A DNA stretch of 64,000 bases from the NCBI GenBank assembly GCA_028378565.1, contig JAONMX010000002.1, forward strand, positions 8,966-72,965, written 5' to 3'. Below are positions 17,482-26,104 of the stretch, one piece after another. Position numbers and translations under genes: made by a program. The DNA comes from Bacteriovoracaceae bacterium. GTDB taxonomy: Bacteria > Bdellovibrionota > Bacteriovoracia > Bacteriovoracales > Bacteriovoracaceae. Position 1 is the first letter of the stretch; each line of letters opens with the position of its first letter. Below the pieces are notes generated by a model. The model searched no databases and was not told the origin of the DNA. It saw nothing but the letters and a program-made list of their open reading frames with translations.

Positions 17482-17967
17482 ATGAGATCATTTATACTAA
17501 CTCTAACATTATTATTTAATTCAGCACTCTTTGCTTCTGGTAGTAGAGCAACTTTGGAGAGTGAAACGAAGAATCAATTAATAGAAGTCTTTAAAGAAAA
17601 TGAAAAACTTCACGCAGCTTTCTTTAATTATGATGCTAAAAAAATAAATATGATCGCCACTTCATTAAATAAAAAAATGAAACTTGTTAAAAAAAATGAG
17701 GTATCTAAATTATTAAAACAAGCTATTGTGAATGCTGAAAAGATATCTAAGACTAGCGATCGTAAGAAGAATAATGATTACTATGCGGATTTATCAATTG
17801 CACTCATTTATATTCTTAATAAGTATGATCTAGGAAGAGAGTATAATTCTTATTCATGCCCTATGGTAAAGAAAAAGTGGGTTCAAAATAGTAAGAAAAA
17901 ACAAAAGGTGCACAATCCCTATGCACCTGAAATGCCCCACTGTGGAAGGCAAGACTCTCGTCATTAA
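17482..17967 (+). CDS. Secreted DUF3347-like protein
   Basis: Signal peptide. The C-terminal YSCPMVKKKWVQ...NPYAPEMPHCG pattern resembles the conserved end of DUF3347 as I remember it. Needs HMM confirmation. Confidence 0.45.
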   Translation: MRSFILTLTLLFNSALFASGSRATLESETKNQLIEVFKENEKLHAAFFNYDAKKINMIATSLNKKMKLVKKNEVSKLLKQAIVNAEKISKTSDRKKNNDYYADLSIALIYILNKYDLGREYNSYSCPMVKKKWVQNSKKKQKVHNPYAPEMPHCGRQDSRH

Positions 17968-18833
17968 TCAAACTTTGATCTGCTAGTATCAAGCTCTACA
18001 ATGTCATCCTTTTCTACAAGACTTTTGTTACTTGAGTTACTAGGGAAATTAACATCCGAGAAGCCAATCTTTTCGAAAACAAACTCATTATTACTAGTAG
18101 ACATTGCTCGGTAAAGAGCTTTTCCACTATCCTCTGGTCTCATTAAGGCGATTTGATACCCAAGGGTATGAGGAGTAGAGATTTCAATTGTTGATTCATC
18201 TACGACTTCCCAATTCACGCCGGTTTCAAATTGAAAGTAGTCTCCAACATTATCTGAGCTAAGTCCAATGTTAGTACCTCCAAGTCTTTTTAAAGAAATT
18301 TTCATAGAGCTGGTGTGGATCGTTTGGATAAAGAAACCAACGTCCTCTAAGTATTCTCTACAGGTTGAACTCATTCCTTCTCGATACCAATCCGTAACGT
18401 CAATTGAGTCCATATACTCTATGACCAGACCATCTAATTCAATATCTACAGTAATAGACTTATTTAAATTAAGTCCTGCACTTAAGAAAGGGATACCAAG
18501 AGTTAGAAATCCAAAATTTCCTTTATAGCTGTAGTTATACTTTTTGTTAATATTGGCAACATCTGTATAGCGTCGTAGATCATCACCGTTTGGAAAACAT
18601 GTTTGTGTGTTGGAGACATAGGCCAATCCGGTAGGCTTACCTCCGATTAATGTTCCTGTATGAGTGCCAATTTCTGGTCGACTCATAGCATTTTGAAAAC
18701 CGATAAAACCGTATTCTTTTACTAGAGAATTAAGTTCACTAACAGGATCTTTTGTAATGTCTTCCTCAGGTTGGCATGACGAAAAGAGTAGAATACTAGA
18801 AAATGTAATTGCGAGTAGTGGTTTAAACTGCAT
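17964..18833 (-). CDS. Hypothetical lipoprotein (289 aa)
   Basis: Lipobox LLFSSC. No recognised domain. Its 3' end overlaps the convergent gene by 4 nt. Confidence 0.6.
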   Translation of the reverse strand: MQFKPLLAITFSSILLFSSCQPEEDITKDPVSELNSLVKEYGFIGFQNAMSRPEIGTHTGTLIGGKPTGLAYVSNTQTCFPNGDDLRRYTDVANINKKYNYSYKGNFGFLTLGIPFLSAGLNLNKSITVDIELDGLVIEYMDSIDVTDWYREGMSSTCREYLEDVGFFIQTIHTSSMKISLKRLGGTNIGLSSDNVGDYFQFETGVNWEVVDESTIEISTPHTLGYQIALMRPEDSGKALYRAMSTSNNEFVFEKIGFSDVNFPSNSSNKSLVEKDDIVELDTSRSKFD

Positions 18834-19006
18834 CTTGTTCTCCTTATTTTTGTTAAAAAGCAGAACCAGGGTAGATGACGTACAACTTTTTACTGGTAAG
18901 CATTAGAATAGTGTTTTGATCAAAAGAAACAAGACTTAAATAAGTTACCGGAACTTCTCAAAAAAAAAGAAATGAAGTTGCCATTATTTTAGGGCATAAT
19001 AAGAAA

Positions 19007-19573
19007 ATGGATCATAGTTATTTTGAGAATAAAGACTTTAAAGTATTACCTGACAAGGTTTTAAAAGACTCTGAGTTTTATGAATGTCACTTTGACAAAA
19101 TAGTCTTTGAACATTCTTTTCTCTATCATAAAAAGTTTATTGATTGCACTTTCACAAGCTGTGATCTTTCAAATATTGATTTAACAAATGTTACTCTCAG
19201 AGATAGCAAGTTTGAAAACTGCAAACTTATTGGAAATAATTGGTGTAAGAGTCAGTCAATCGCTTTGCTTAAGTTTTATAACTCCATCCTCGACTTATCA
19301 ACTTTTCAAAGTCTCGATTTAACAGGTTTTGTCTTCGATGAGTGTCGTTTAATTGATGTTGATTTCTCTGATTCAATTCTCTCAAATAGTTCATTTGTAG
19401 GAAGTGACCTCCATAATACAAACTTCAACGGAGCTAATGTAAAAGATTCTGACTTTCGTAAAGCACAGAATTATTATATTGACCCTCATTTTACTCAATT
19501 AGGAAACTCAAAATTTAATATACCTGAAGCTCATTCGTTTTTTAAAGCATTAGGGATAGTGATAGAACCATGA
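19007..19573 (+). CDS. Pentapeptide-repeat protein
   Basis: Repeated A(D/N)LxX-type pentads (CDLSNIDLTNVTLRDSKFENCKL..., DFSDSILSNSSFVGSDLHNTNFNGANVKDSDF). Confidence 0.85.
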   Translation: MDHSYFENKDFKVLPDKVLKDSEFYECHFDKIVFEHSFLYHKKFIDCTFTSCDLSNIDLTNVTLRDSKFENCKLIGNNWCKSQSIALLKFYNSILDLSTFQSLDLTGFVFDECRLIDVDFSDSILSNSSFVGSDLHNTNFNGANVKDSDFRKAQNYYIDPHFTQLGNSKFNIPEAHSFFKALGIVIEP

Positions 19574-20430
19574 TTAGCGTTGAAGTAACAACAGATCCAC
19601 AAGACTTCCTCGCGAGAAATGAGTATCTTCTTTTGAAAGAAGAATCGTTAAATAACCTAAAGCTCGGACTTGCTGATGCCGCAATAAAAGATCCATCTTC
19701 TTTTACCCAACCTTATTTTTTCACAATCTATAAAAATAAAGAAATCGTTGGTCAAGCAGTGAGATCACATTCTGACCGACCTTTATTAGTGAAGGGTCTC
19801 TATGATGAAAGTGCCTTGGCCCTTATGAGAGAGGTTGAGAGGTTGCGTTTAAACCTTGTTGGAGTAGTGGGAGAGAGCCAGTCTGCAGACTTATTTAAAG
19901 AGAATTGGATGACTAAATATCAATGTGAGCTTTCTTTAGGAATGCATCAAGGTATCTATGAATTAGAGAAGGTCACTCTTCCTAAGATGAATAATGGATC
20001 ATTTGTGATTGCCAATGAAGCAAGCTACACAATTATTAATAATTTTATGCTTGGTTTTATCAAAGACTGTTTTCCTAATGATAATCAGGCAAAAGAAAAG
20101 GCAAAAGCATTAACAGAAAGACATATAGAAAATAAAACTCTTTTTTTGTGGAAGAATAAAGATGGAGAGGCCGTTTCCATGGCCGCAAAAAATAGAGAAT
20201 CTCGAAATGCAGCAACCATTTCCCTTGTCTATACCGCTGAGAGCGAGAGAGGAAAGGGGTATGGCAGTATCATAACAGCACTGGTTTCTCAAAGAATGTT
20301 AGATGAGGGAAAGAAAATGTGTAATTTGTATACAGATATGGCCAATTCCGTTTCAAATTCTATTTATCAAAAAGTTGGCTATAAGAAAATCGGTGAAAGT
20401 AAGCACTACTTATTTAAGGAAAGAAAATGA
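19570..20430 (+). CDS. GNAT-family N-acetyltransferase
   Basis: C-terminal acetyl-CoA motif ERGKGYGSIITALV...YQKVGYKKIGE. The ATGA start overlaps the pentapeptide gene. Confidence 0.8.
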   Translation: MISVEVTTDPQDFLARNEYLLLKEESLNNLKLGLADAAIKDPSSFTQPYFFTIYKNKEIVGQAVRSHSDRPLLVKGLYDESALALMREVERLRLNLVGVVGESQSADLFKENWMTKYQCELSLGMHQGIYELEKVTLPKMNNGSFVIANEASYTIINNFMLGFIKDCFPNDNQAKEKAKALTERHIENKTLFLWKNKDGEAVSMAAKNRESRNAATISLVYTAESERGKGYGSIITALVSQRMLDEGKKMCNLYTDMANSVSNSIYQKVGYKKIGESKHYLFKERK

Positions 20431-21422
20431 AAATTGTATTGTCTATTGCAGGTGTCGTCTTAGCTCTTTTGATTGTTTTTTTCATTGATAGAGAAGTGAT
20501 AGAAGTTGAGCATAATACTGAAGATGGTTGTGAGAACCTTGAATTAACTAAAAGAGTTGAAGAAGGTATCTATAAAAATTATGGGCTACGAATTCCTCCT
20601 AATACTAAAGGAGAATTTGAGGTTTTATTAGACGGTAAGATACTTACCTCTGGAAAGGTAAATACAGATCAATACCATAGAAGATTATCAGGAGTTAAAC
20701 AGACGGATAATGCTTTTGTATTATTTGGAGCTTCTGTTTTATTTGGTACTGGAGTAAGTGATGAAGAGACAATTGCCTATGTACTACAAAGTAAAGTTAA
20801 TGAGCACTCTGTATACAATTATGCAAGTCGTGCCACGGCTCCTAATAATATTTATCACTTTTTAAAAAATCATGACTTAAGACCAGAGTTACCCCATGGA
20901 AACTTTCACTTTGTTTATGTGCAGTCACACGCAACTGCCTACAGTGTTGATGCCGCACCAGAGTATTCAGGTTGGATGCACTTATCACCATGGTATTCCC
21001 TCGAAGAGGGGAAACTCGTTCATAAGGGAGTCATGGAAGATCGACCTTATCATAAAAAGTATTTAGAACTGGCAAAGTCCGGTACCTACCGAAACTCTGG
21101 CCTTTCCACTTAGTTATCGAATGATGAAGTTTATGAGTTAACTTGCCATTTATACACTGGAATAAGAAAAGAGCTCATCAAACAATTTCCAAATGCTAAG
21201 TTTTCAGTGGTTAATTTTCCTCTAAGTAATAATGAGAAAGAGATAGAGTATATTTCTAGTTGTTTAAAGAAAGATAATATACCATTTTTTAACTTTGCAG
21301 AGATGTTAAAGGAGATGGACGAGGGGAGTCCGGAGTTTGTATTTCCTTGTTTAGATCATTACACGCCAAAAAGTAGTGATGCTTTATCAGATCTCTTTAT
21401 TAAAATGTTTGACCTAAAATAG
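20427..21422 (+). pseudogene. Membrane-anchored SGNH/GDSL-like protein with a single in-frame TAG
   Basis: ORFs 20427..21113 and 21207..21422 share one frame and are separated only by the TAG at 21111-21113. Hand translation across it gives ...RNSGLST*LSNDEVYELTCHLYTGIRKELIKQFPNAKFSVVNFPLSNNEKE... with no other stop. Confidence 0.5.
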
Positions 21423-21536
21423 TGAATAGACAAATGGGGCAAGGGGAGAAATAAACTTCACAGTAGCAAAGAGAACGGCAAATATAATGAGTGTTGAAAT
21501 AAAAGGAATAAAAAAGTAGAGCTTTTGTTCTTTCAT
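21414..21536 (-). CDS. 40-aa membrane micro-protein, DUF5989/SxtK-like
   Basis: Below the ORF-track cutoff. Hand translation: MKEQKLYFFIPFISTLIIFAVLFATVKFISPLAPFVYSLF. It has one TM helix, and its C-terminal ...APF(I/V)Y(T/S)LF resembles the DUF5989 family usually found next to NodU-type carbamoyltransferases. It lies 38 nt downstream of the carbamoyltransferase gene. Confidence 0.55.
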   Translation of the reverse strand: MKEQKLYFFIPFISTLIIFAVLFATVKFISPLAPFVYSLF

Positions 21537-21574
21537 ATTTTGGATCAACTTTCTATAAGTAATGATTAACTTCT

Positions 21575-23392
21575 TCATAAATCTACCTTTTTAATAATTG
21601 TATCGTTAATCAAAAGGATGTCCATATCTGTTCTCAAAAACATAGCGAAAGCATGACTTGGATGTTCTACAATAGGATAACCACTCGGGTTAAAAGATGT
21701 GTTAATAAGAGCTTTTAAACCTTTAGATGATGAGTGCTTCAATATTAATGAGAAGAGTGGATTGTCTTGCTCTGTTACAACCTGTGGTCTTGTGCTTTGA
21801 TCAGTATGACATCCATATTTTACTTCTTCATAAAAACTTGGATTAACATCACACGAGTACTGCATCCACTTAAAGTTTAAAAGATCTTTATTTGTATTTA
21901 ATAGAACTTCTGCATCTTCTTTTGTCATACTTAAAGCATATGGCCTATAAGCAGCTCGTCTTTTAATTTTATGACTGAGTTTTAGAGCAATTTCTTGATC
22001 ATCAGCTCTACAGATAATTGATCGATTCCCAAGTGCTCTTGGACCCAGTTCAGATCGACCTTGATAGATTCCAATAATCTTTCCCTCGTAAACGTTTTCA
22101 GATAGCATTTTCGCCAGCTCTTGCTTGTCTTCAATTACTTGTGTCTCTAACTTATACTTCTGTTCAGTAGCTTCAGACATAATGTACTTATTAAATTGGG
22201 GTGATTTGAGGTATTGAGATATTTCTAGAGTTTTTTCATGATCATAACTTAGCCCCAGATAAGCACTGTTAATACTTTCTTTGGGGTCACTGGCTTGCTC
22301 TTGGGCATTGACATAAAGGGCACAGCCAAAGCTTGTTCCACAATCACCTGGCTCAATAGGGATATAGATATTTTCAAAGATATTTTCATCCAGAAGCTTT
22401 TTATTTGCCACGCAGTTTAGTGAAACTCCTCCGGTTAGGCATAGATTCTTTGATGGAAATTTTTCTTTAGCATACTTCGACAGAGCAATGATTGCTTCCT
22501 CAATTCTCTTTTGTAGGGAGCAAGCAATATCTAAGTAACGTTTTGTATCAGCATCTAATTTTTCATAATCAGTAACTTCAAAACTAGAAACATTGAGTTT
22601 ATGATTAAACTTTCTTTCGTTTCCAAATATCTTTTGAAACTTCTTGGTGACAGCTCCTGAATAGAATTTCACAAAATGAAAATAATCAGTATCAATAGAG
22701 TATCTGCCAACTTTTTCAATTTTAATGATGTCACACATTTCATTGTAATAAGTAGGTTTACCAAATGAGGCCAAGGCCATGACAGAACATTCATTATCAT
22801 TAGGAGAGAAGCCTAGAAAACCTGTAATGGCAGAGTAGGCAAGCCCTAGAGAGTTGGGAAATGATATTTCCTCTAAGCAAGTTACATTTGGTTTCGAGTC
22901 TTCCCATTTCCCTTGATATATTCCACTACAGGCCCAGTCGCCAACGGCATCTATCACTAGAATTGTGGCTTCTTCAAAACCTGAACCCATGAAGCCTTGA
23001 ACACTATGGCTAAAGTGATGACCAAGGTATTCAATTTTTTCAACGGGAAATGAAACCTCTTTAGCAACATTAAAAGGCGCCCAAAGTTTTTCACTAAGCC
23101 ATGATTTCATGGACTCAACAAATTCAAGTCTGGTATTAGGAAAACCAGAGATTGATGAGGTAAGAACACGTGAAAATTTATTGTATGAGTCTTCATGTAA
23201 AACTATCTTATCAATATCACTTGTTTTCCAACCGAGATAGCTCATTCCATCGTAGAAGGCATTTATTGGGAGATTCGGATCATGTTTCTGTCTGGTAATT
23301 CTCTCTTCAGGTATAACAGCAAGAACTTTATTATTTTCAATAAAGGCAACAGAGGAGTCATGGTATCCGAATGAAAAGCCAACTATCTTCAT
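21575..23392 (-). CDS. Carbamoyltransferase (NodU/CmcH family)
   Basis: 605 aa. N-terminal MKIVGFSFGYHDSSVAFIENNK...ERITRQKHD and a C-terminal carbamoyltransferase-like region (ALINTSFN). Confidence 0.9.
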   Translation of the reverse strand: MKIVGFSFGYHDSSVAFIENNKVLAVIPEERITRQKHDPNLPINAFYDGMSYLGWKTSDIDKIVLHEDSYNKFSRVLTSSISGFPNTRLEFVESMKSWLSEKLWAPFNVAKEVSFPVEKIEYLGHHFSHSVQGFMGSGFEEATILVIDAVGDWACSGIYQGKWEDSKPNVTCLEEISFPNSLGLAYSAITGFLGFSPNDNECSVMALASFGKPTYYNEMCDIIKIEKVGRYSIDTDYFHFVKFYSGAVTKKFQKIFGNERKFNHKLNVSSFEVTDYEKLDADTKRYLDIACSLQKRIEEAIIALSKYAKEKFPSKNLCLTGGVSLNCVANKKLLDENIFENIYIPIEPGDCGTSFGCALYVNAQEQASDPKESINSAYLGLSYDHEKTLEISQYLKSPQFNKYIMSEATEQKYKLETQVIEDKQELAKMLSENVYEGKIIGIYQGRSELGPRALGNRSIICRADDQEIALKLSHKIKRRAAYRPYALSMTKEDAEVLLNTNKDLLNFKWMQYSCDVNPSFYEEVKYGCHTDQSTRPQVVTEQDNPLFSLILKHSSSKGLKALINTSFNPSGYPIVEHPSHAFAMFLRTDMDILLINDTIIKKVDL

Positions 23393-24080
23393 GATTCAAA
23401 TCTTTTTATTTTGTTAGAATCTAAACTAACGTTATATTGTTTTAGTTTTTTTCTACTTTGTAGAAAAAGAAAGGGTGCAAAAATGTAGTAGAGAATTGAA
23501 AGAATTGTATTAGCAAACTTTTCATAGATAAATGATAAAAGTCTGAAAAATGATTCCTTCCATCGATTTTGAGCAATTGACTTATACTCGTTATCTATAT
23601 CTTCTCTACTGGCACCAACTTCTAATAATAAATTGTCTGTTAAATCCACATGACCCATTTCATCTTCAACAATTGAGTCGATATTTTTTTTGAAGTAGGG
23701 ATCATTATGAAACTTTGAAATATATTGAAAGCGATCTGTTGCATGTTCTTCACCAATATGAACAAAAGCAATACTCTTCCAAAGGGGTCAACAGGAGATC
23801 CTATGGGTCTTCTTTCGAAAAGTAACTTTACAAACTTTTCGTCTGCCATTTTCTCATACATTCTTGCAAACGAGTCAGCATGTGATTCTTCTTCTAGTAA
23901 GTGAAGAAATAACTTAAATCTTGTTTTCTTGTCTTCAACTTGATCTAAGCTTCTTTGAAGATGCCAGACACCATCAGCCTCCACAGCTTGGAAGCGTCTT
24001 AGGGCCTTATGGAATATTGGGCGGTATTTCCAAATGATTTTGACAGTCAAAAAGATAAAGGCCCGTTCTAGAAATTTCAT
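23389..24080 (-). pseudogene. Ferritin-like di-iron protein with a C-terminal membrane tail, split by an apparent 1-nt deletion
   Basis: The first ExxH (LEEESHADSF) is in ORF 23640..24080. The second (GEEHATDRF) and a third acidic/His motif (EDEMGHVD) are in the frame of ORF 23389..23658, which is open from 23787. The shift must fall between about 23764 and 23787 (plus-strand G4 run at 23784-23787 or A4 run at 23764-23767). Confidence 0.55.
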
Positions 24081-24132
24081 ATCTCTATTGTATTATGGGT
24101 CTAAAATTAGAGCAAGGTAGTTCCCCTAGATA

Positions 24133-24189
24133 AGGAACAGTATAGAGGAACAGTATAGTTCTACTGTTGTAGAACCATTGTTGTAGAAC
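24133..24189. repeat. Two sets of tandem direct repeats in the 108-bp spacer upstream of the di-iron/carbamoyltransferase operon
   Basis: AGGAACAGTATAG occurs twice back to back (24133-24158). Then (C/A)TTGTTGTAGAAC occurs twice (24164-24175 and 24177-24189). GTTCTAC-tgtt-GTAGAAC (24158-24175) is also an inverted repeat. Confidence 0.6.
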
Positions 24190-25781
24190 TATTGTTTAAG
24201 CTTTCTTGAGAGATATTCTTCATATGTTGAGATTCTATCTTCAGTAACACCTGGATTTAGCTCAATGACTCTGTTTCCAACGGTTTGCATAAATTGATGA
24301 TCGTGAGTGTAGAGTAGGACAGTCCCCTTAAAACGCTCAACACCTTCGTTAACGGCAGAAATGCTTTCAAGATCTAGGTGATTAGTAGGACCATCAAGCA
24401 TGATAACATTTGGCTCTGTCATCATCATTTTAGAGAGCATACAACGTACTTTTTCCCCACCTGAGAGAACATTTGTCTTCTTGAGAGCGTCATCTCCTGA
24501 AAAGAGCATTTTCCCTAAAAAGCCTCTGATATAAGTTTCATGATCATCTTTTGAATACTGACGTAGCCAATCAACAATTGTGTACTTACCAGCACTAAAA
24601 AAGCTTTCGTGATTTCTAGGAAGGTAAGCAACTTTTGTTGTTACACCCCAAGTATAGGTACCAGAGTCTGGCTCCATGTCTCCACCAAGAATGGAAAAGA
24701 GACTGGTTACTGTTTGGTCGTTATCACTTAAGAAAACAATCTTATCATTTTTATTAAGGGTAAAACTAACGTTATCAAGAACTTTTTTTCCATCAATAGT
24801 TTTTGTAAGACCTTCGACTTTTAAAATATCTTTTCCTACTTCTCTTTCCGATTCAAAATGGATGAAGGGATACTTTCTTGATGAGATAGGTAAGTCGTCT
24901 AACTGAAGTTTTTCTAATTGTTTTTGTCTTGAAGTTGCTTGAGAAGACTTTGAAGCGTTAGCACTAAACCTTTGGATAAAGGCCTTAAGTTCTTTGGCCT
25001 TATCTTCAGCTTTCTTTTTCTGATCTCCTCTTAGCCTTTGAGCGAGCTCGCTAGAAGATTTCCAAAAGTCGTAATTCCCAGCATAGATATTTATTTTTTT
25101 AAAATCTAAATCGGCAATGTGAGTACAAACCTTATTGAGAAAGTGTCTATCGTGAGACACAACAATGACAGTATTTTCAAAATTTAAAAGAAAGTTCTCA
25201 AGCCAGTTAATGGCCTTAATATCTAAGTTGTTAGTTGGCTCATCAAGTAAGAGAACGTCTGGTTTTCCAAAAAGAGCTTGTCCTAAAAGAACCTTAACTT
25301 TTTCACTGTCTTTTAAATCTTTCATTAATTTATGATGGCTTGATTCATCTAGGCCAAGACCACTTAACATGATTGCTGCATCAGACTCAGCTTCCCAGCC
25401 ATTCATTTCAGCAAACTCCGATTCTAATTCAGCAGTTCTTAAACCGTCCTCATCTGTAAAAGGATCCTTTGCATAGAGTTCGTCTTTTTCTTTCATGATG
25501 GCATAGAGCTTATCGTTACCCATCAGCATAGTATCTAAAACCGTTACTTCATCATATTTAAATTGATCCTGCTTTAGAACAGAAAGCCTTTGACCAGGAG
25601 AGAGCTCAACGTTACCTGAATTTGGCTCTATTTCACCCGATAGGATTTTAACAAATGTTGATTTTCCTGCACCATTGGCCCCAATGAGCCCATAGCAATT
25701 TCCTGGTGTGAACTTTATAGAAACATCTTCAAAGAGTTTTTGGCCGCCAAAACTAAGAGCGACATTATGGGTACTGAGCAT
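24189..25781 (-). CDS. ABC-F family ATPase (YbiT-like, 530 aa)
   Basis: Colinear with my recollection of E. coli YbiT. NBD1 has Walker A GANGAGKST and Walker B LLLDEPTNNLD. NBD2 has the signature LSGGE but degenerate Walker A and B motifs (see finding). Confidence 0.9.
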   Translation of the reverse strand: MLSTHNVALSFGGQKLFEDVSIKFTPGNCYGLIGANGAGKSTFVKILSGEIEPNSGNVELSPGQRLSVLKQDQFKYDEVTVLDTMLMGNDKLYAIMKEKDELYAKDPFTDEDGLRTAELESEFAEMNGWEAESDAAIMLSGLGLDESSHHKLMKDLKDSEKVKVLLGQALFGKPDVLLLDEPTNNLDIKAINWLENFLLNFENTVIVVSHDRHFLNKVCTHIADLDFKKINIYAGNYDFWKSSSELAQRLRGDQKKKAEDKAKELKAFIQRFSANASKSSQATSRQKQLEKLQLDDLPISSRKYPFIHFESEREVGKDILKVEGLTKTIDGKKVLDNVSFTLNKNDKIVFLSDNDQTVTSLFSILGGDMEPDSGTYTWGVTTKVAYLPRNHESFFSAGKYTIVDWLRQYSKDDHETYIRGFLGKMLFSGDDALKKTNVLSGGEKVRCMLSKMMMTEPNVIMLDGPTNHLDLESISAVNEGVERFKGTVLLYTHDHQFMQTVGNRVIELNPGVTEDRISTYEEYLSRKLKQ

Positions 25782-25903
25782 CGTGAATTTTCCTTATTTG
25801 TTTTATGGCAGATATAGCCTTACTTTCTGCAAAATTCAAGACTTAGCTTTGCTTCTCAAGGCCCTATCTGAGGGATTTATTACGAGCACAAGATGAGTCA
25901 ATA

Positions 25904-25986
25904 TTTTTCACAGTTTTTCACAAGAAAATATTTATTTTTCACATAAAGTGTTGAAAATAAAGGCTTTGTGAACTATTTTTTTCACA
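25904..25986. promoter_or_regulatory. Array of four phased TTTTTCACA repeats in a divergent intergenic region
   Basis: Copies at 25904, 25914, 25935 and 25978 give offsets of 10, 21 and 43 bp. Inverted TGTGAA cores lie at 25967-25972 and 26019-26024. Confidence 0.5.
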
Positions 25987-26001
25987 AAAATGCAAAAAAT
26001 G

Positions 26002-26030
26002 TTGACGAGATTAGGATATGTGAATAATTT
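26002..26030 (+). promoter_or_regulatory. Candidate sigma70-type promoter for the 26105 gene
   Basis: TTGACG (26002-26007), a 17-nt spacer, then TAATTT (26025-30). It sits directly downstream of the repeat array. Confidence 0.35.
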
Positions 26031-26104
26031 TCATAAAGTCGAAACAAGCTTGTAATAACCGACACAAACTGTTAAATATTAATCACTTGTTAGGAGTAAC
26101 AAAA

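Noticed and set aside
17964-18833. The idea that the 289-aa lipoprotein could be a gasdermin- or pore-forming-like effector
   Set aside because: This rests only on size and beta-rich appearance. I cannot point to any diagnostic motif, there is no associated protease gene, and it has a classical lipobox rather than the N-terminal features of bacterial gasdermins.
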